Positions 63,528-64,000 of a stretch of 64,000 bases of DNA are shown here, piece by piece. Position 1 is the first letter of the stretch. Every line of letters begins with the position of its first letter. The stretch is from Solirubrobacterales bacterium. GTDB taxonomy: Bacteria > Actinomycetota > Thermoleophilia > Solirubrobacterales > 70-9. The notes beneath the pieces were generated by a model. That model ran no database searches and was not told the DNA's origin. It saw nothing but the letters and a program-made list of their open reading frames with translations. The stretch covers positions 7,593 to 71,592 of the forward strand of contig DATAON010000030.1 in assembly GCA_036265715.1 (NCBI GenBank). Direction: 5' to 3'. A program made the position numbers and the translations under genes.

Positions 63528-64000
63528 TCAGCCGACGTCCACCGGAATCTGCGGTCCCTCGACTCCGTTGAGGTCATCGAAGGCGCGGACTGTGTAGGTG
63601 CCTGTCAGGGTGACCGGCAGGTGCTGGGTGATCGGATCGCCGCCGCACGGCAGGAAGCCGGCGCCGATTGTGCTGCGGGCTGTGAACCTCGCGTTGACTG
63701 TCAGGTCCACGTCCGGGATTCCCACGCTTGTGTTGTGGTAGGTCCCGGCCGGAACCGGGCCCTGGGGCGCGATGTCATATGTGCATGTGGAGATGTTCAG
63801 CGCATGGGAGAACGCGTCCTGGTAGACGTGGATTTCGATCTGCTGCCCGACGGGGCAATCGATCGAAGCCTGCAGGGCCCCTGTCGTCACCGGCTGGCCT
63901 GTCGTGCCCGGCTTCGAGACCCCAATTGTGTAGTCGCAGCCGTTGAGTGTGACTGTGACCGGTGTCAATCCCGGGTCCGCGCTGCAGTTGGCGTAGGTCG
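63528..64000 (-). CDS. Hypothetical secreted/surface protein, 5'-partial (frame open to the window end)
   Basis: The frame stays open upstream of the track start (TTG 63968) to base 64000. Thr/Gly/Val-rich with paired Cys residues. No family recognised. Confidence 0.4.
   Translation of the reverse strand, partial: TYANCSADPGLTPVTVTLNGCDYTIGVSKPGTTGQPVTTGALQASIDCPVGQQIEIHVYQDAFSHALNISTCTYDIAPQGPVPAGTYHNTSVGIPDVDLTVNARFTARSTIGAGFLPCGGDPITQHLPVTLTGTYTVRAFDDLNGVEGPQIPVDVG

Noticed and set aside
1-64000. A search for CRISPR arrays, IS elements/transposases, rRNA genes and large tandem repeats.
   Set aside because: I recognised no periodic repeat-spacer pattern, no transposase-like ORF and no rRNA-like sequence anywhere in the window.

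Overview
This is a gene-dense chromosomal segment that looks very GC-rich by eye (not computed). It has actinobacterial hallmarks: F420 biosynthesis genes, an MmpL transporter, a DevS-like GAF kinase and many leaderless-type gene starts. Any finer lineage guess would be inference only. I call about 59 protein-coding genes (one apparently frameshifted, two cut by the window edges) and 3 tRNAs. I saw no rRNA, CRISPR array, IS/transposase, integrase or prophage genes.

Layout:
- (i) 1-10.6 kb: the 3' part of a type I PKS (KS-AT-KR-DH), translationally coupled to an SDR epimerase, a DegT aminotransferase, an unknown protein, an ABC-2 exporter, a TrpF-family isomerase and a GT4 glycosyltransferase.
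- (ii) 10.6-17.7 kb: truD, an MmpL transporter with a divergent ArsR regulator, and a MacB-type ABC pump.
- (iii) 17.7-45.2 kb: a stress/low-oxygen-type block. It holds a DevS-like kinase, two LuxR-type response regulators, three tandem USPs plus a USP fragment, the arginine deiminase pathway (arcD-arcA-arcB and arcC), a CtpF-like P-type ATPase, phosphoketolase with acetate kinase, a Zn-ADH, a TreT-like GT, and Nramp-related and ZIP transporters.
- (iv) 45.3-47.2 kb: a secreted YWTD beta-propeller protein and tRNA-Trp/Leu/Leu.
- (v) 47.3-54.6 kb: F420 genes (npdG, cofD, cofC, cofE, fbiC), interrupted by csbD and a visibly lower-GC islet. The islet encodes a frameshifted unknown membrane protein and a small basic ORF.
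- (vi) 54.6-64 kb: an aquaporin, a substrate-binding protein, a coupled metal operon (MCO-ZIP-mntR-mntH-SRPBCC plus two unknowns), ygfZ and a lipoprotein.

Observations most worth a second look:
- the PKS/amino-sugar/exporter cassette with its embedded TrpF-like gene;
- the low-GC islet between cofE and fbiC;
- two cation-transporter genes whose conserved N-termini lie upstream of any ATG/GTG/TTG codon;
- a hairpin that sequesters the cofE ribosome-binding site;
- a near-identical 24-nt promoter-like block in front of two GTG starts.

All functional calls come from motif recognition by eye. No database search was run.
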